Positions 1 through 12,900 of a DNA stretch of 64,000 nucleotides are shown here, in pieces. The stretch is from Entomortierella parvispora E1425. Its lineage: Eukaryota > Fungi > Mortierellomycota. The stretch is taken from NCBI GenBank assembly GCA_020891255.1, contig BQFW01000010.1:992001-1056000 (forward strand), written 5' to 3'. The notes under the pieces are model-generated. The model saw only the letters and a program-made list of their open reading frames with translations. It was not told the DNA's origin and did not search any database. Positions within the stretch are counted from its first letter, which is position 1. Each line of letters begins with the position of its first letter. The translations under genes and the position numbers were made by a program.

Positions 1-1476
1 GCTTTCTTGAGTTCCACTTTGTTGACTATAGACAAAAGTCGCCGGTGAATGTCCAGCGTTGGACTGTTTCCATCTGCATTTAGAGCTGTCTCCTCACAAT
101 GAACAAATGCCTTCACTGCATTGTCATAGCTGTTGGCTAACACGCTCAGCTGCTTGTTGGCAGTGGCTATTCGTCGAAGATCCTTCTGGTGGGCCTTTAC
201 TGAGGAAGGGTCGGCGATCCTCCTCAGACGTTTCTCGCAACTCGCGATGGCTGCAGCCTTTGACTCCTCCGCAGTCTGATGTATGGCACGGACATACTCT
301 TTGATTTGCTGGTAAATCCATTTTGCCTGGTCATCTTTGCTGGCAACGTTAGAGCTCCCCGTCACAAGCTGTCTAACCTTGGCCATGTTCGATGCCAGCT
401 GGTAGAGTGGCATGCCTGCGGTATAGTCATTGGTCGTCAAGACAGAAACGAGTACGAGATGCGCCGGAGTTTGGAGCTCGAGTTCGTCCAAAAGTGTCTG
501 CTTACCGAAAGTGGTCCAAGTCAAGGGCCGACCAACGGGCATTGTGATTGTGGTCACCGACTCGTATGCCATAAAGTCTGAATCTTTGGTAATGATCCTG
601 ACATTATCTGGTGAATGGGCATTCGTCACGCGGTTTGCAATGCATGTGTCACTCTGGTGGGTACACTGGCATATTTTCCATCCGCTTTCATGAAGTTGTG
701 TGATGATATCCCTGATTGCGCTCGCGGGAACTCGGTACGAAGCCTTCACCCTCTTGTATAGTTGGGTAGTATTCCTGATCCTGCCCCCGTCATAGTCTTT
801 CTCTAGCTTGCCGACTCGCGTCTCCAAGGTTTGGTCGCGCTTTCTGTGAGCAAGTTCCTTCTCCAGGGACCGGGAACCGTCGAAATGAAGTGTTGTATGA
901 TCCTTGCTCAAGTAGGACACAAGGATTCGATCGATTGTCTTCCCCAAGGATCGATAATCCTAAGAAGCAGCGCGATTGAGACGGTAAGTATTCTAATCGA
1001 AAAGGCATGACTCTTGTTGTAATGATCAGACTCTCTCTAAATGTAGAGTAGATATACAGATATACGTACAACGCTCCTTTCCTCAGCATCGTTTGCTTCC
1101 AGTGAACCGTCTTGATTGAAACGAATTTGGGATGGTCGTTCTGCCAGCATATCCTGCATCGCTGCTACAATGCCATAAGGGTGCTTTGGCTTGAAGGATC
1201 CACCCGGGCGCGTTTTCGATGCAGACTGGCCTCATCTGTTCCTGGTCGCTTCGGAATGGTTGTTGACGGTGGTGTAGACGCGCTCGTTGGGACATCGGGC
1301 GAAGCTACCTGTCGCCGAGCATTTTTGGCTGCGAACGCCACATCCAGGTGGAAACCATGACTGTGAATTATTCCGAAAAACATGGAGGCGCAGTCCACAT
1401 GACAGGTGAATCCTCGAAGGTCCTCCTCAACTCCATCGGTCGATTTGATCCTAGCTGCAAGGCCCTGGATTCCCAT
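1..1476 (-). pseudogene. XPG/FEN1-like PIN-domain nuclease gene, 5' part (3' end beyond window); apparent frameshift in exon 1
   Basis: ATG at 1476 gives MGIQGL...HVDCASMF. Intron 960-1069 (GTACGT...TTAG). Exon 2 is open from 959 to base 1 and, translated by hand, reads DYRSLGK...LHFDGSRSLEKELAHRKR...WKICQCTHQSDTCIA...IITKDSDFMAYE...LTTNDYTAG, i.e. the XPG-N/XPG-I/H3TH acidic motif order. The exon-1 frame stops at 1165-1167, and the frame that splices to exon 2 is offset by -1. Confidence 0.75.
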
Positions 1477-1643
1477 GGTAATCTATGGCATTGTTGTGTT
1501 TAGAAGAAAGTTAGTGTCATTACTTTTTGCTTGTCTAGCTCTGGCGGGGTCCAGATGGTAGCGAAATGCAACGAAAAGCATACAGGCTTTGTCCACGAAA
1601 GGGTGAATGACGGTGCAGTAAACAAGGAGAATGAAGACTAATG

Positions 1644-1668
1644 GTGTGTGTGTGTGTGTGTGTGTGTG
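1644..1668. repeat. (GT)n microsatellite
   Basis: Direct reading: tgtgtgtg... about 12 units. Confidence 0.95.
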
Positions 1669-1959
1669 AATGTGGGTTGGAGGAGCTGGAGCTGTTGATG
1701 ATTTGAAAGGAGGATCCAAAGAATGGAAAGTGAAGGCGGACGAATGACCAAAGTGCTGCTTTTCCCATAGTCTATCCTCTTTTTATCAGTTCCTTGCGCG
1801 TGGTTCAACTGATGGAACCCAGCGGCCCGTCCTCTGAAAACACAACCCATAACACATCCAGCTCAGTAGGAAACACACTTGTCGCTATCTCCTTTCATGC
1901 TCTACGATCACATGGTCGGGAGAAGACAAAGAGACGATATCTTTTCACGATGGTTTATT

Positions 1960-2330
1960 CTAAAACTCGAGACGCGTATGGCACTCCTCAAAACAGTTTC
2001 GATCGTTCTTTGTGCAAAGAGGAACTTTGCAGAGAGAACAGACCGTTATCCATCCAAAAGACCACCAGTACGCCGCCGACAACAACACCAGACCTAGTAT
2101 CCCAATCGAGCTTTGCATTCTTGTCGACATATAACTCCTTGGGGACTCCACCCTGCCTTCTTGTAGTGCCGCAGGCGCCGACGCTGACAATTTGATGTTG
2201 GGCTTCGTCTTCTTTCTCCCTCTCCTTCGTTATAGAGGCTCTTCCTCTTGATCTCCCTCCTGCACCTGATCTCCCTCTTGTTCATCTTGCTCTAGTTCAT
2301 CAGGCGCCTCTTGCTCCTTTCGGTGAGTCC
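1960..2330 (-). mobile_element. Decayed DNA-transposase C-terminal fragment (piggyBac-type cysteine-rich zinc ribbon)
   Basis: 2040-1978 on the minus strand reads CSLCKVPLCTKNDRNCFEECH, matching the C-x2-C-x3-LC-xn-CF-x2-YH tail of piggyBac-like transposases. Upstream frames are broken by stops and shifts and include an acidic tract (EQEAPDELEQDEQEGDQVQEGDQEEE). No DDD core or TIR found. Confidence 0.6.
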
Positions 2331-2544
2331 TGACATTAATGCATTTTTGCCCGTTCTTTCATCTGAGCTTAGAAACGGGGGAGGGGTGGCCTAGTGATTT
2401 TTCGAGAATAATATTAAAACTCAGATAAAATAAATTTTTAACGGGCAAATTTGCCATATTTTACAGACTAAGGGATAATTGTGAATTGTGTAGAAACCGG
2501 GGGATTTGATTTTTTTATTTTGGTTTGAGTTATACACTTGGATA

Positions 2545-5500
2545 TCATCGGAGCCGCTTGGCATAGGTCTTTATCAAGACCCGTTGCCCGCTTCCTGCCC
2601 CTCCTCCGCCTCCCCGATCTCGTTCTAGACAGAACAGCACATCTTTCACATTCACTGTCCGAGACCCGTCCCTCAGGCCTGTTAATCGCCCAAGGGTGGA
2701 GGGTGGCAAGACCATTGAACCTCCAATTGTTGTGGCGCCCCTGGCCAGAGAAGGTGATGCCATGGCTGGAGAGTTTGCAGATCCAGAGACAGCAGGGGAG
2801 GCAGCAGAACTACCAGGCATGGTAGACGAACTTGTAGCTGGCATTGTCGATCCACGAGCAAGGCCAGGTTTCAGTGGTCCGCCGCCAATAGAAACACCTC
2901 CGGAAGCCAAAGGCGATGAGGCATTCGCGGGTCCAGATGATAAAGAGGCAGCCATGGGAGTAGAAGGCAGAGGTGATGGGGTTCCACCCGCAGCTCCACC
3001 AGCTCCAGCGCCACCCGCACCCATCATCCATGAATAAGTACGACCACTTCCACCAGCAAATCCCAAGGCCGTTTGGTTTGCCACCTTCTTGCGTGCTTCT
3101 TCTGACATGTTCCTGGCGCTGACACCTGGGCCACCTTCCTTGAGTTTTTTGCCCTTCTTGGCACCTCCTCCAGGTCCGATGGGCTCTCCATTTTCATCCA
3201 GATCTTCACCTGCAGCAATTCTGCGCTCCCGCTCCGCAAGCTGTTCCTTGCGCTTTGTTTCCTCCTCGCGCTCAACTCGCTCGATCGCCAGTAACTGCTT
3301 TTTGACATCCTGACTGACTCCAATTTTGTACATGGCATGCTCTTCGTCATACATAGGGGGTGGGGCTGTGGCCAAGGACCGTCCACGGTGCTTGGAGGCC
3401 TGGATCATCTGTTCCGTCAGCCCTCTCAGACGCTCCTGGACAGCCATCGCCAAGTAAGCTACAACATCGGGATCGACAGTCTGAAGCTTTTGCGATGTAG
3501 CTAGAGTAGGTCGAAAAAATCAAGAAATATTAAGTCATCGTATCGATTTAAAGCTACACCACGCACAACAATCCTGCGTTGTCCTTACCCATTTTCTCCA
3601 CGACAGTCTTCAAAAGTTTGGCATTCACAAAATTTTGAACCCTGGTTCTGTCTTGTCCGTCCGCATTGCCACCGGTCCTGGAGTAACCGTCATTATCTCG
3701 CATAATGTTGTCTGATTCCTCCTTGAGATCCACACCAACGTAACCCATGACGTCTGTGATGTTGTCATAGTTGACTTTTTCGGCGTTGGCAGACACTTTG
3801 GATGCTGCACCACCTGCAGATGAACTAGCGCCTACTGCAGATCCTGCACCTGGTAAAGCGGGAGTTGTTGGGGCAGGCTTTTGCTGTCCTGGCAAAGAGA
3901 CTCGGTTGAAAGGACTAGAACCTGGTGTTCCATTAAGTCCTGGTGTTGAGACTCCAGGAGTAGATGGTAATGAAATTGTTGGAGTTCCTGCATTTCCAGC
4001 ACCAATTGGCCCCTGGTGCTCTGTTTTAGTCCGCTTGGGCAAAGTTTTACTACTAAATCGGAACAAAAGAGGTAAGTATCACGGTACGCATGAATCGACC
4101 TGGGACTAATGAGCAGACTATATATGGTCTTACCCCTCGTTGGGTGTGCTTCCGGCGGAATTTGGATCCGTGGTTCTCTTCCTGACAGGTGCCGCTTGAG
4201 ATGCTGCCCCTCCTAGGGCTCCGCTTGATGGAGCAGTAGAAGATGATGGAGGCAACGCAATGGACATTGATCCTGGTCCTGAACCTGGCAGTTTTGGAGT
4301 TTGAATAGGAGCAGGCTGGGGTGTGGGAAATGGGTGACCCTGTTGAACAGGTCTATTTGGAAGCGCCACTTGCGGCAAAGCGATCGAGTGCTGTGGCAAA
4401 GATGGCATGGCGGCACTCCTGGCAGCCATATTATTTGCAGGTGTCGATCCAAGGGGCGCACCAGAACTGGGTCCAGGTTGTGACGCTCCTCCACCAGATC
4501 CTGCTCCTCCAGCCGGATTATCTCCAGTTGGTTGTCGCCTCCTGATACGATCCAGGATTTCGAACTGTGCTGGGTCCAAAAGCGTTTCCGCCCTGGCCAA
4601 GAATTCATTTGGCGTTACAGCGTTGGACTAAAGGACGTTTGTGCTCGTGGTTAGCCACTCGATGTTCTGCAACTCTTGAAACTATACAAAAGAAAATATC
4701 TTACCTGGAGCAATGCAAAGAGATTACGAAGCTGAGCGCCTGTAGCTGGCGATATAGAGGAAAGAATATGGTGCAGTGGGGAGCCTGCTTGAGCGATGGC
4801 TAATCCATAGATTATACTGGTTAAAAATGAACTTGTAGCAAATGAGTCCATTGTAATTAAGCAAAGACGCCTGTTCTTTACCCGCTGGGGGAGCCTGCAG
4901 GCTAGGATTAGTTGGAGGTCTTGCAACAGGGGGTGTTACAGGCTGTCCATTGGGTACGATATGGCTTGGTCTAAGTTGCTGGTGGACTTGTGGCGATTGT
5001 TGTGATTGTGGGGGTAGCTGGATCTGAGGCGTCCGTACAAGCGGCTGCTGTGGAGACGGCTGATAAATAGGTCGAGGTGTAGTCTGCATATGCTGTGGAG
5101 GCAACTGCACTTGTCCCGCCTGTTGCCCTACTTGTTGTTGTTGTTGTTGTTGCTGTTGTTGTTGCTGGTATGGCTGTGGGGTGAAGGAGACCTGTTGTGT
5201 AGGCGGTTGTGATTGTTGTGGAAGTTGAAGGACAGGTCTGTTTTGTTGCTGGAGAACGGTATGTGGCATGGCTGGTGACGCCTGCGCCGAGCTCGCCCCT
5301 GAGAAAGAGTTCCCGGCTGACAACGGTGAATGCTGGTGAACAGGAGTGCTATGCGGCGGCAACGCGATGCTGGTTGTTTGTGCAGCAACTGGGCCGCCAA
5401 AGGATGGCTGGGAGCCGACTGTTGGAAAGTCGTCATTAAATAAATCATCTAGCCCCTCCATGATGTTTCCATGCGCCGCATTATTCAAGACCTCGCCATT

Positions 5501-5692
5501 GTGCTGTGCGCCGCCAATGTTAGGGGGGAACTCGGCAGAGAGGAGCTCGTCAACGGTGCGATGCATCAGCGGAACGGGGGGCTGGTCCATGTTACCCTGC
5601 CCGAGATCCTGTCGTCCATGATCGCTGGTGCCATTGCCACCGGCGCTGCTACTGTTGGCCGCGGCATCGCTGTGGTTGTTGTTGCTGGACAT
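2545..5692 (-). CDS. TAF4: Transcription initiation factor TFIID subunit 4 (5 exons: 5692-4882, 4799-4705, 4627-4134, 4052-3589, 3500-2545)
   Basis: Histone-fold region (DVMGYVGVDLKEE...QNFVNAKLLKTVVEKM/ATSQKLQTVDPDVVAYLAMAVQERLRGLTEQMIQASKHR) and C-terminal RTVNVKDVLFCLERD. GT-AG introns keep phase. Q/P-rich N-terminus. Confidence 0.9.
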
Positions 5693-6035
5693 GGCGCGAG
5701 GCGGCCGAGACGGAAGGTTGGAAGGAATGGAGTAAGATCACAACAACGACGCGCTTTACAGGCCTGGGCGAGAATGGAGAGAGATTGATCGCATGGTGTT
5801 CAGTTCATCAGCCAATGACTGGTCATGTGACTATGTTGTCACAGAACTTGAAGGGTCGTAAATGTAGTCTTACCGTCTTGCAGAATTTTTTTTTTTTTTT
5901 TTGTCGAGTCCTCATAGCGCGCGCATTCAATGCAAGTTCACTTGTTGAAAGAGCTCAGAAGGCGAGCTCAGGTTTGCTTTATTTACAAAGGCGAGGACAA
6001 ACTAGTTGATCATCGCAACGCTCTGAAGCGTTCGT

Positions 6036-6416
6036 TTACCAGCCACGGGAGTCGCCCTGGTTGCCCTGGTTGCCCTGGTTGCGCTGGTTGGACTGCGGGT
6101 TAGCACCAGAGAAATCAGACGAACGATAGTCTCGTCCATCGTTGCTTTGCTGAAGGTTCTGCTGGCCTTGCTGGTACTGGTCTTGCTGACCTTGCTGGTA
6201 CTGGCCTTGCTGACCTTGCTGGTAGTCTTGCTGACCTTGCAGGTTCTGCTGGCCTTGCTGGTCCCACTGCTGGCCTTGCTGGCCCTGGCGCTGACCAGTG
6301 GCCTGGGAGGAAGACTGGGTTGCACCCTGGAGTTTCTCGTTGACACGGCCGGCGGCATCAGTGGCACGGTTGATACCCTGGGAGACGGACTCTTCGGCTC
6401 TGTTGATGCGATCCAT
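6036..6416 (-). CDS. Small hydrophilic Q/G/N-rich protein (about 126 aa), hydrophilin/LEA-like or prion-like
   Basis: ATG at 6416 (MDRINRAEESVSQG...) after an A-rich leader. Contains (QGQQ/YQQGQQ)n and (NQG)3 repeats. Single exon. Confidence 0.7.
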   Translation of the reverse strand: MDRINRAEESVSQGINRATDAAGRVNEKLQGATQSSSQATGQRQGQQGQQWDQQGQQNLQGQQDYQQGQQGQYQQGQQDQYQQGQQNLQQSNDGRDYRSSDFSGANPQSNQRNQGNQGNQGDSRGW

Positions 6417-6695
6417 TTTCTTGAGTTTTGCTTTGGTTGGAATGTAGTTGAAAGAGTGTAGATGGAGGATTGAAGAATAAGAAGACAAAGCTGTAGGGTA
6501 TGGGAGGCCTTTTATGGTGTTCGGACCTCAAGATGACCTCAAGATGAAGGAACACAAGGAAATTATTTTCGCAAACTGACTCAAAACGCGTCCACTAAGC
6601 ACGTCTCTGCTTTGTCGCAGCCAACCACCAGGATGTACTTAAGTCAGAACAGCTCTCGGGTCTTGCATATGGCCTCACGTACACAGTTGCAGTCT

Positions 6696-6843
6696 CTCTA
6701 AGTGGAGATGCCTGGGGCCCTCCTCTAAGTGGAGACCCTCTTAGAAGTTAGCTCGTGGACAAACAACAAATCCTAGCAATCCTAGCCGTTATGCGTGGGA
6801 TAGAAGTTAGCTCGTGGACAAACAACAACTAGCAACCTCCTAG
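6696..6843. repeat. Cluster of short direct repeats
   Basis: ctctaagtggaga at 6696-6708 and 6723-6735. A 28-bp exact repeat tagaagttagctcgtggacaaacaacaa at 6742-6769 and 6801-6828, each followed by degenerate ctagcaa..ctag. Confidence 0.9.
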
Positions 6844-7614
6844 AGTTTGCGTGATCCCACGCCAGCTGGGGTCTGGTGACGAACAAAAAAAACTCATTCT
6901 TCTTCCCCTTTCAGTTCTGGAGCACTCTCCACGACTGGCATTTCAAGGCAGATTATCCATTGAAGGGTGACCTCGACATTGCATAATGTGGAGATAAAAG
7001 AGTGTACAAATGGGGCAAGTGTGACGCTTCGGACATGGAGAAAGCAACTTCCATAGAATCTACGGACGTTGGTGGCTGCAGATCATCCAATTGCTACAGA
7101 CGAATAGGAAAATAAATAGATGATTGTCTATTTGTCGCTTGCTCCGCGTGCTCCGCGTGCGACAATGGGATTGAGAATATGAGCTGTTGCACGAAAAGCA
7201 AAAATCAGGACAGATAACGACGAAATGGACGGGACGCGAGAGCGAGGCAGATCAGGCCATCATGCAATTGGACCAGAAACCCACCGTGCAGAGGCTCAAA
7301 CCATACGGAAAGTCAAAGCCCAGGGCGCCGGTTTGGCTCGAGGAACGCTCCGTGTGGCGACGAGATGAAGGCGAGGACTGCAGAGATAGGCGATGACCCA
7401 TCCCCGAGAGAGCACTTTGGTCGTGTCCTGATCCATCAGGCCACTTTTTTTTTCAGAGTTACGAGTGACTGCTCCTGACCCTTCTCCTGCAGGGGAGTGT
7501 CGAAGCCATAAAGAGCGGTAGCAGCCATGGACTCTTTGTCCGTCCTCTTCTCTCGTACCTTTGCCTCGTCGCTCGCTCTTTCACTCTCCTCTCTGCACCC
7601 ACATCGTCGTCGCC

Positions 7615-9432
<1,818 letters not shown>

Positions 9433-9932
9433 AGAAGAAGATACCACGGATTGCCCATTTTTTACATACTTTTTCTGTCAGCTTCTACCCAACTACCTGT
9501 CCATAAAATCCATCTAGCATTCTGACATACCTTATGACGCACACTGACTTCCTTCGGAAGACGCGATTGCGCAAGCAATAACAATAGCTTAACATGTCCG
9601 CAAGTGATGTGCCTCTCCTATTCCCAGGGAGGCTGCTAGGATTCGGAGTACAAAAAGGGGAAGACTGGTTTAGATTCAACGCGGCGTGTCCTGAGCCAAT
9701 TGAGCCATCCCCAATCGCTTTTCATGAGCAATTGGACAGCCCCCTGTCCCGACCGCAGCACTTTAGCTGTCCAGATAAATAGAACGGATTGCGCTGCTCT
9801 TTAGGTTCTCTTTTTTTCTTCTTCTCTTTGCTCGCATTCGATCGTCTCCTTGTCTATCTTCATTGCTCCATTACTGCAATATCATCGACACACAAGCAGA
9901 CGCAACGCAAACAGAAGTATTCGCAGTACACC

Positions 9933-12900
9933 ATGCCTACTCCACAGCATCCTCTCGGGGTCGCTCTTGGCCCTCATCCCATGAATGAAACATTCATTGA
10001 ATCTCTCTGTCAATCTCCAGAGGGTTGGGTATGTGGATCATTGTCAATAAGCAACAGCAAGCAGATCGATCATCGTGATTAACATGGTCTTTCAACTTGC
10101 ACAGGGCCCTGAGAGTTTACAGCGACTGGGATTCACACCATGTTCTGAGTACAGGTACGAGTGACTTGTACCTCAGTCAAAGCACAGGGTTCATTTTTTG
10201 ACTGTCAATATCTATATCTGTCTGTGCTTCAAGTGTTCTCTTTGGCGTCTTGGCAGCAGCCATGATGGTGTGGATGTCGATTCGAGTGATGTTCCTTTTC
10301 AAAACGGGTGCGCCTCACAACCTTGGGCGTACGGCCTGGATTTACTGGCCCACTCAAGTGGCTATGGGATCCACTGGCCTTCTAAGTATTATCTTAGCAA
10401 GTTTGATGCAGCGTCGTGTCCTATCCAACCAGTCTCCGGCTGCAACTATTGGCTATTCGCTTTTCGGTTGTTTGTGGGTACGTGGAGCCTCCTTTTTTCG
10501 GACAACTGTTGTGGGGACAGAACGATGAGGACAGCTCGCTAAATCTTCACATGATACAATTTGTTCAAACAGCTTCTGTCGCTGTTATGCAATGCTCAAG
10601 AACACAAGTACAGGGTTCGGTCTTCGACAGTCATTTTTGTTTCCTATGTCGTCTTTGTGCCCGTCTTGGCAGTTCATACCCGGACTCTTTTGATGTTGAG
10701 CAGCGACAACACGTTGGAGCTCAGCTTGAACACTACGATGCTCGGACTGCTCGCTTTTGGATTCGTAGTCGAAGCCTGGCCACGCGGATCCACTGTCGTA
10801 CAGAGATCAAGCCACCTTCCCGCCTATGACAAAGCGAACGTCTTTATGCAGATATCCTTTTTCTTCTGGCAACCCGTTCTCTCCCTGTCGGTCAAGAGAA
10901 CACTCACTCAAGATGACTTGGCAGGTACACTGCCGTACGACATTAGTACCAGCTATTCTTATGAGCGATTTGAGTACTTCTGGAAGAGAGCCGTCAACCG
11001 CGCCAAATCTGTCAATGAAAGGAATCGAAGAAAACTGCAGGGTTCGGGCAGAGCTGAGAAAAAGGAGATCACTCCATCTCTTTTTAGGATGGCCCTTCGT
11101 TCCCTTTTAGTGTATCTTCCGGCCCTGTTCTTTTTCAGACTCGCGCGAGTTTTAGCTGCATTCTCAGTCCCTGCGATCCTCAGTTCCTTCCTGGCCTACC
11201 TGCAAAGCATCCAGGCTTCGGAAACCATCGGTGGCGACAAGACGAATGAGCCATCCCTTGCTTATGGACTCCTTCTGGTCTTTGGGATGTTCCTTGGGTC
11301 GTTTATGACTGCGATTCTCACTTATTCCAGTCGACAACACTGCATCAAGATCGGCATGCAAATTAGAGCGGCTTTGATCTCGGCTGTGTATCGGAAAGCT
11401 CTTTGCCTCTCAGCTGGGTCAAGAGGCCAATCAACAACAGGAGAAATCAGTAATGATACTTTGCACTCCTGACAGGTACTGGTGTCCTATACTCCTCAAT
11501 CCACCTGCTAACCATTCGCCTCTATCGCTGTAGCGAACCTCATGGCAACGGATGCGGACAAGTGGGGCGACTGCATCATTTATTTGAACATGTGGCTCTC
11601 TGTGCCCATGGAGATCAGCGTTGGACTCTGGCTACGTAAGTGACCACGCGCGATCTGTCATGACGATTTGGTCAGTAGTCTCATTCTTGAACTGTGTTTT
11701 TTTTTTTTTTTCTGAATAGTATTCCGGTTGCTCGGTTGGAGTGCATGGGCCGGTATTCTGACAATGCTTGCCTTAACGCCATTGCAGGTGTGGCGTGCGA
11801 AATACTTTGGAAAGATTGAAAGTAAGAACTTGGCCAAGATGGACGACCGGATCCGATTGACGACTGAGGTCTTGACCGCGATCAAGGTCGTAAAGCTGTA
11901 TTGTTGGGAGAGTGCATTCATGGACAAGATTCTCGCCATCCGGGAAGAAGGGCTGGCCATTGCTCGACATATGGGAGTGATTTTTGCAATCATGTCCATT
12001 CTCTTTGCATCGTCGACCCTTATCATCTGTTTGGCAACCCTCTCTGTGTATGCGACTTGGGGAGGACCTGGTTTTACTCCTGGAGAGTTGACTCCTCAGA
12101 CTGTCTTTGTGAGCATGACCCTATTCGCCATGCTCCGAGTACCCATTAGCAGTATGACTGAGGCAACTACAAACACAGTCTCCCTCCTGGTTGCCTGCAA
12201 ACGATTGCAGACATTTTTGCTCAGGGAGGAGGTCGATCCGTCCGATATTATTCGGGAGCCCGATGTGACCTTGAGACATGCCTCGGAACCCATGATCGTA
12301 ATGGAGAATGCAACTTTCTCATGGTCATCACCACCTACTTCAAACGATAACGAAGAACAGGAGGAGGATGATGAGACGACTGAACTCTTGAATAGCTCAT
12401 CCAGCGGAGAAGTTCACAGCCACAAGGCAACCCTGGATAACATTACACTTGCCTTCGACAAGGGCACCCTTGTCGCTGTTGTGGGTCGCGTTGGACAAGG
12501 AAAATCGTCTCTTGTATCGGCGATCATCGGTGAGATGTACAAGTGGGGAGGTCATGTCAAGACATTCGGTAGAATTGCCTATGTCCCTCAACAAGGTAAA
12601 ACATGGCTAGGCTGGAACATCAACTGCGGCCAAGGACAAAAAACCAATCGTGATACTTTGTTATTGACTTTCTGTTCTCTTCTAGCCTGGATTCTGAATG
12701 CCACACTTAAAGACAACATCTTATTCGGCAAGCCCTATGATCAGGAGAAATACCAGCGTATCATCACAGCCTGCGGTTTGCTACCTGATATTGAGATGCT
12801 TCCCGCAGGCTCCGAGACCGAGATTGGAGAGCGAGGCATCAACCTGTCTGGCGGTCAGAAACAACGAGTGTCGTTGGCGAGAAGTGCCTACGATGATGCC

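Noticed and set aside
6742-6828. 28-bp repeat / 31-bp spacer / 28-bp repeat resembling a mini CRISPR array
   Set aside because: Only two copies, the spacer partly repeats the sequence after copy 2 (degenerate tandem duplication), no cas genes, eukaryotic context.
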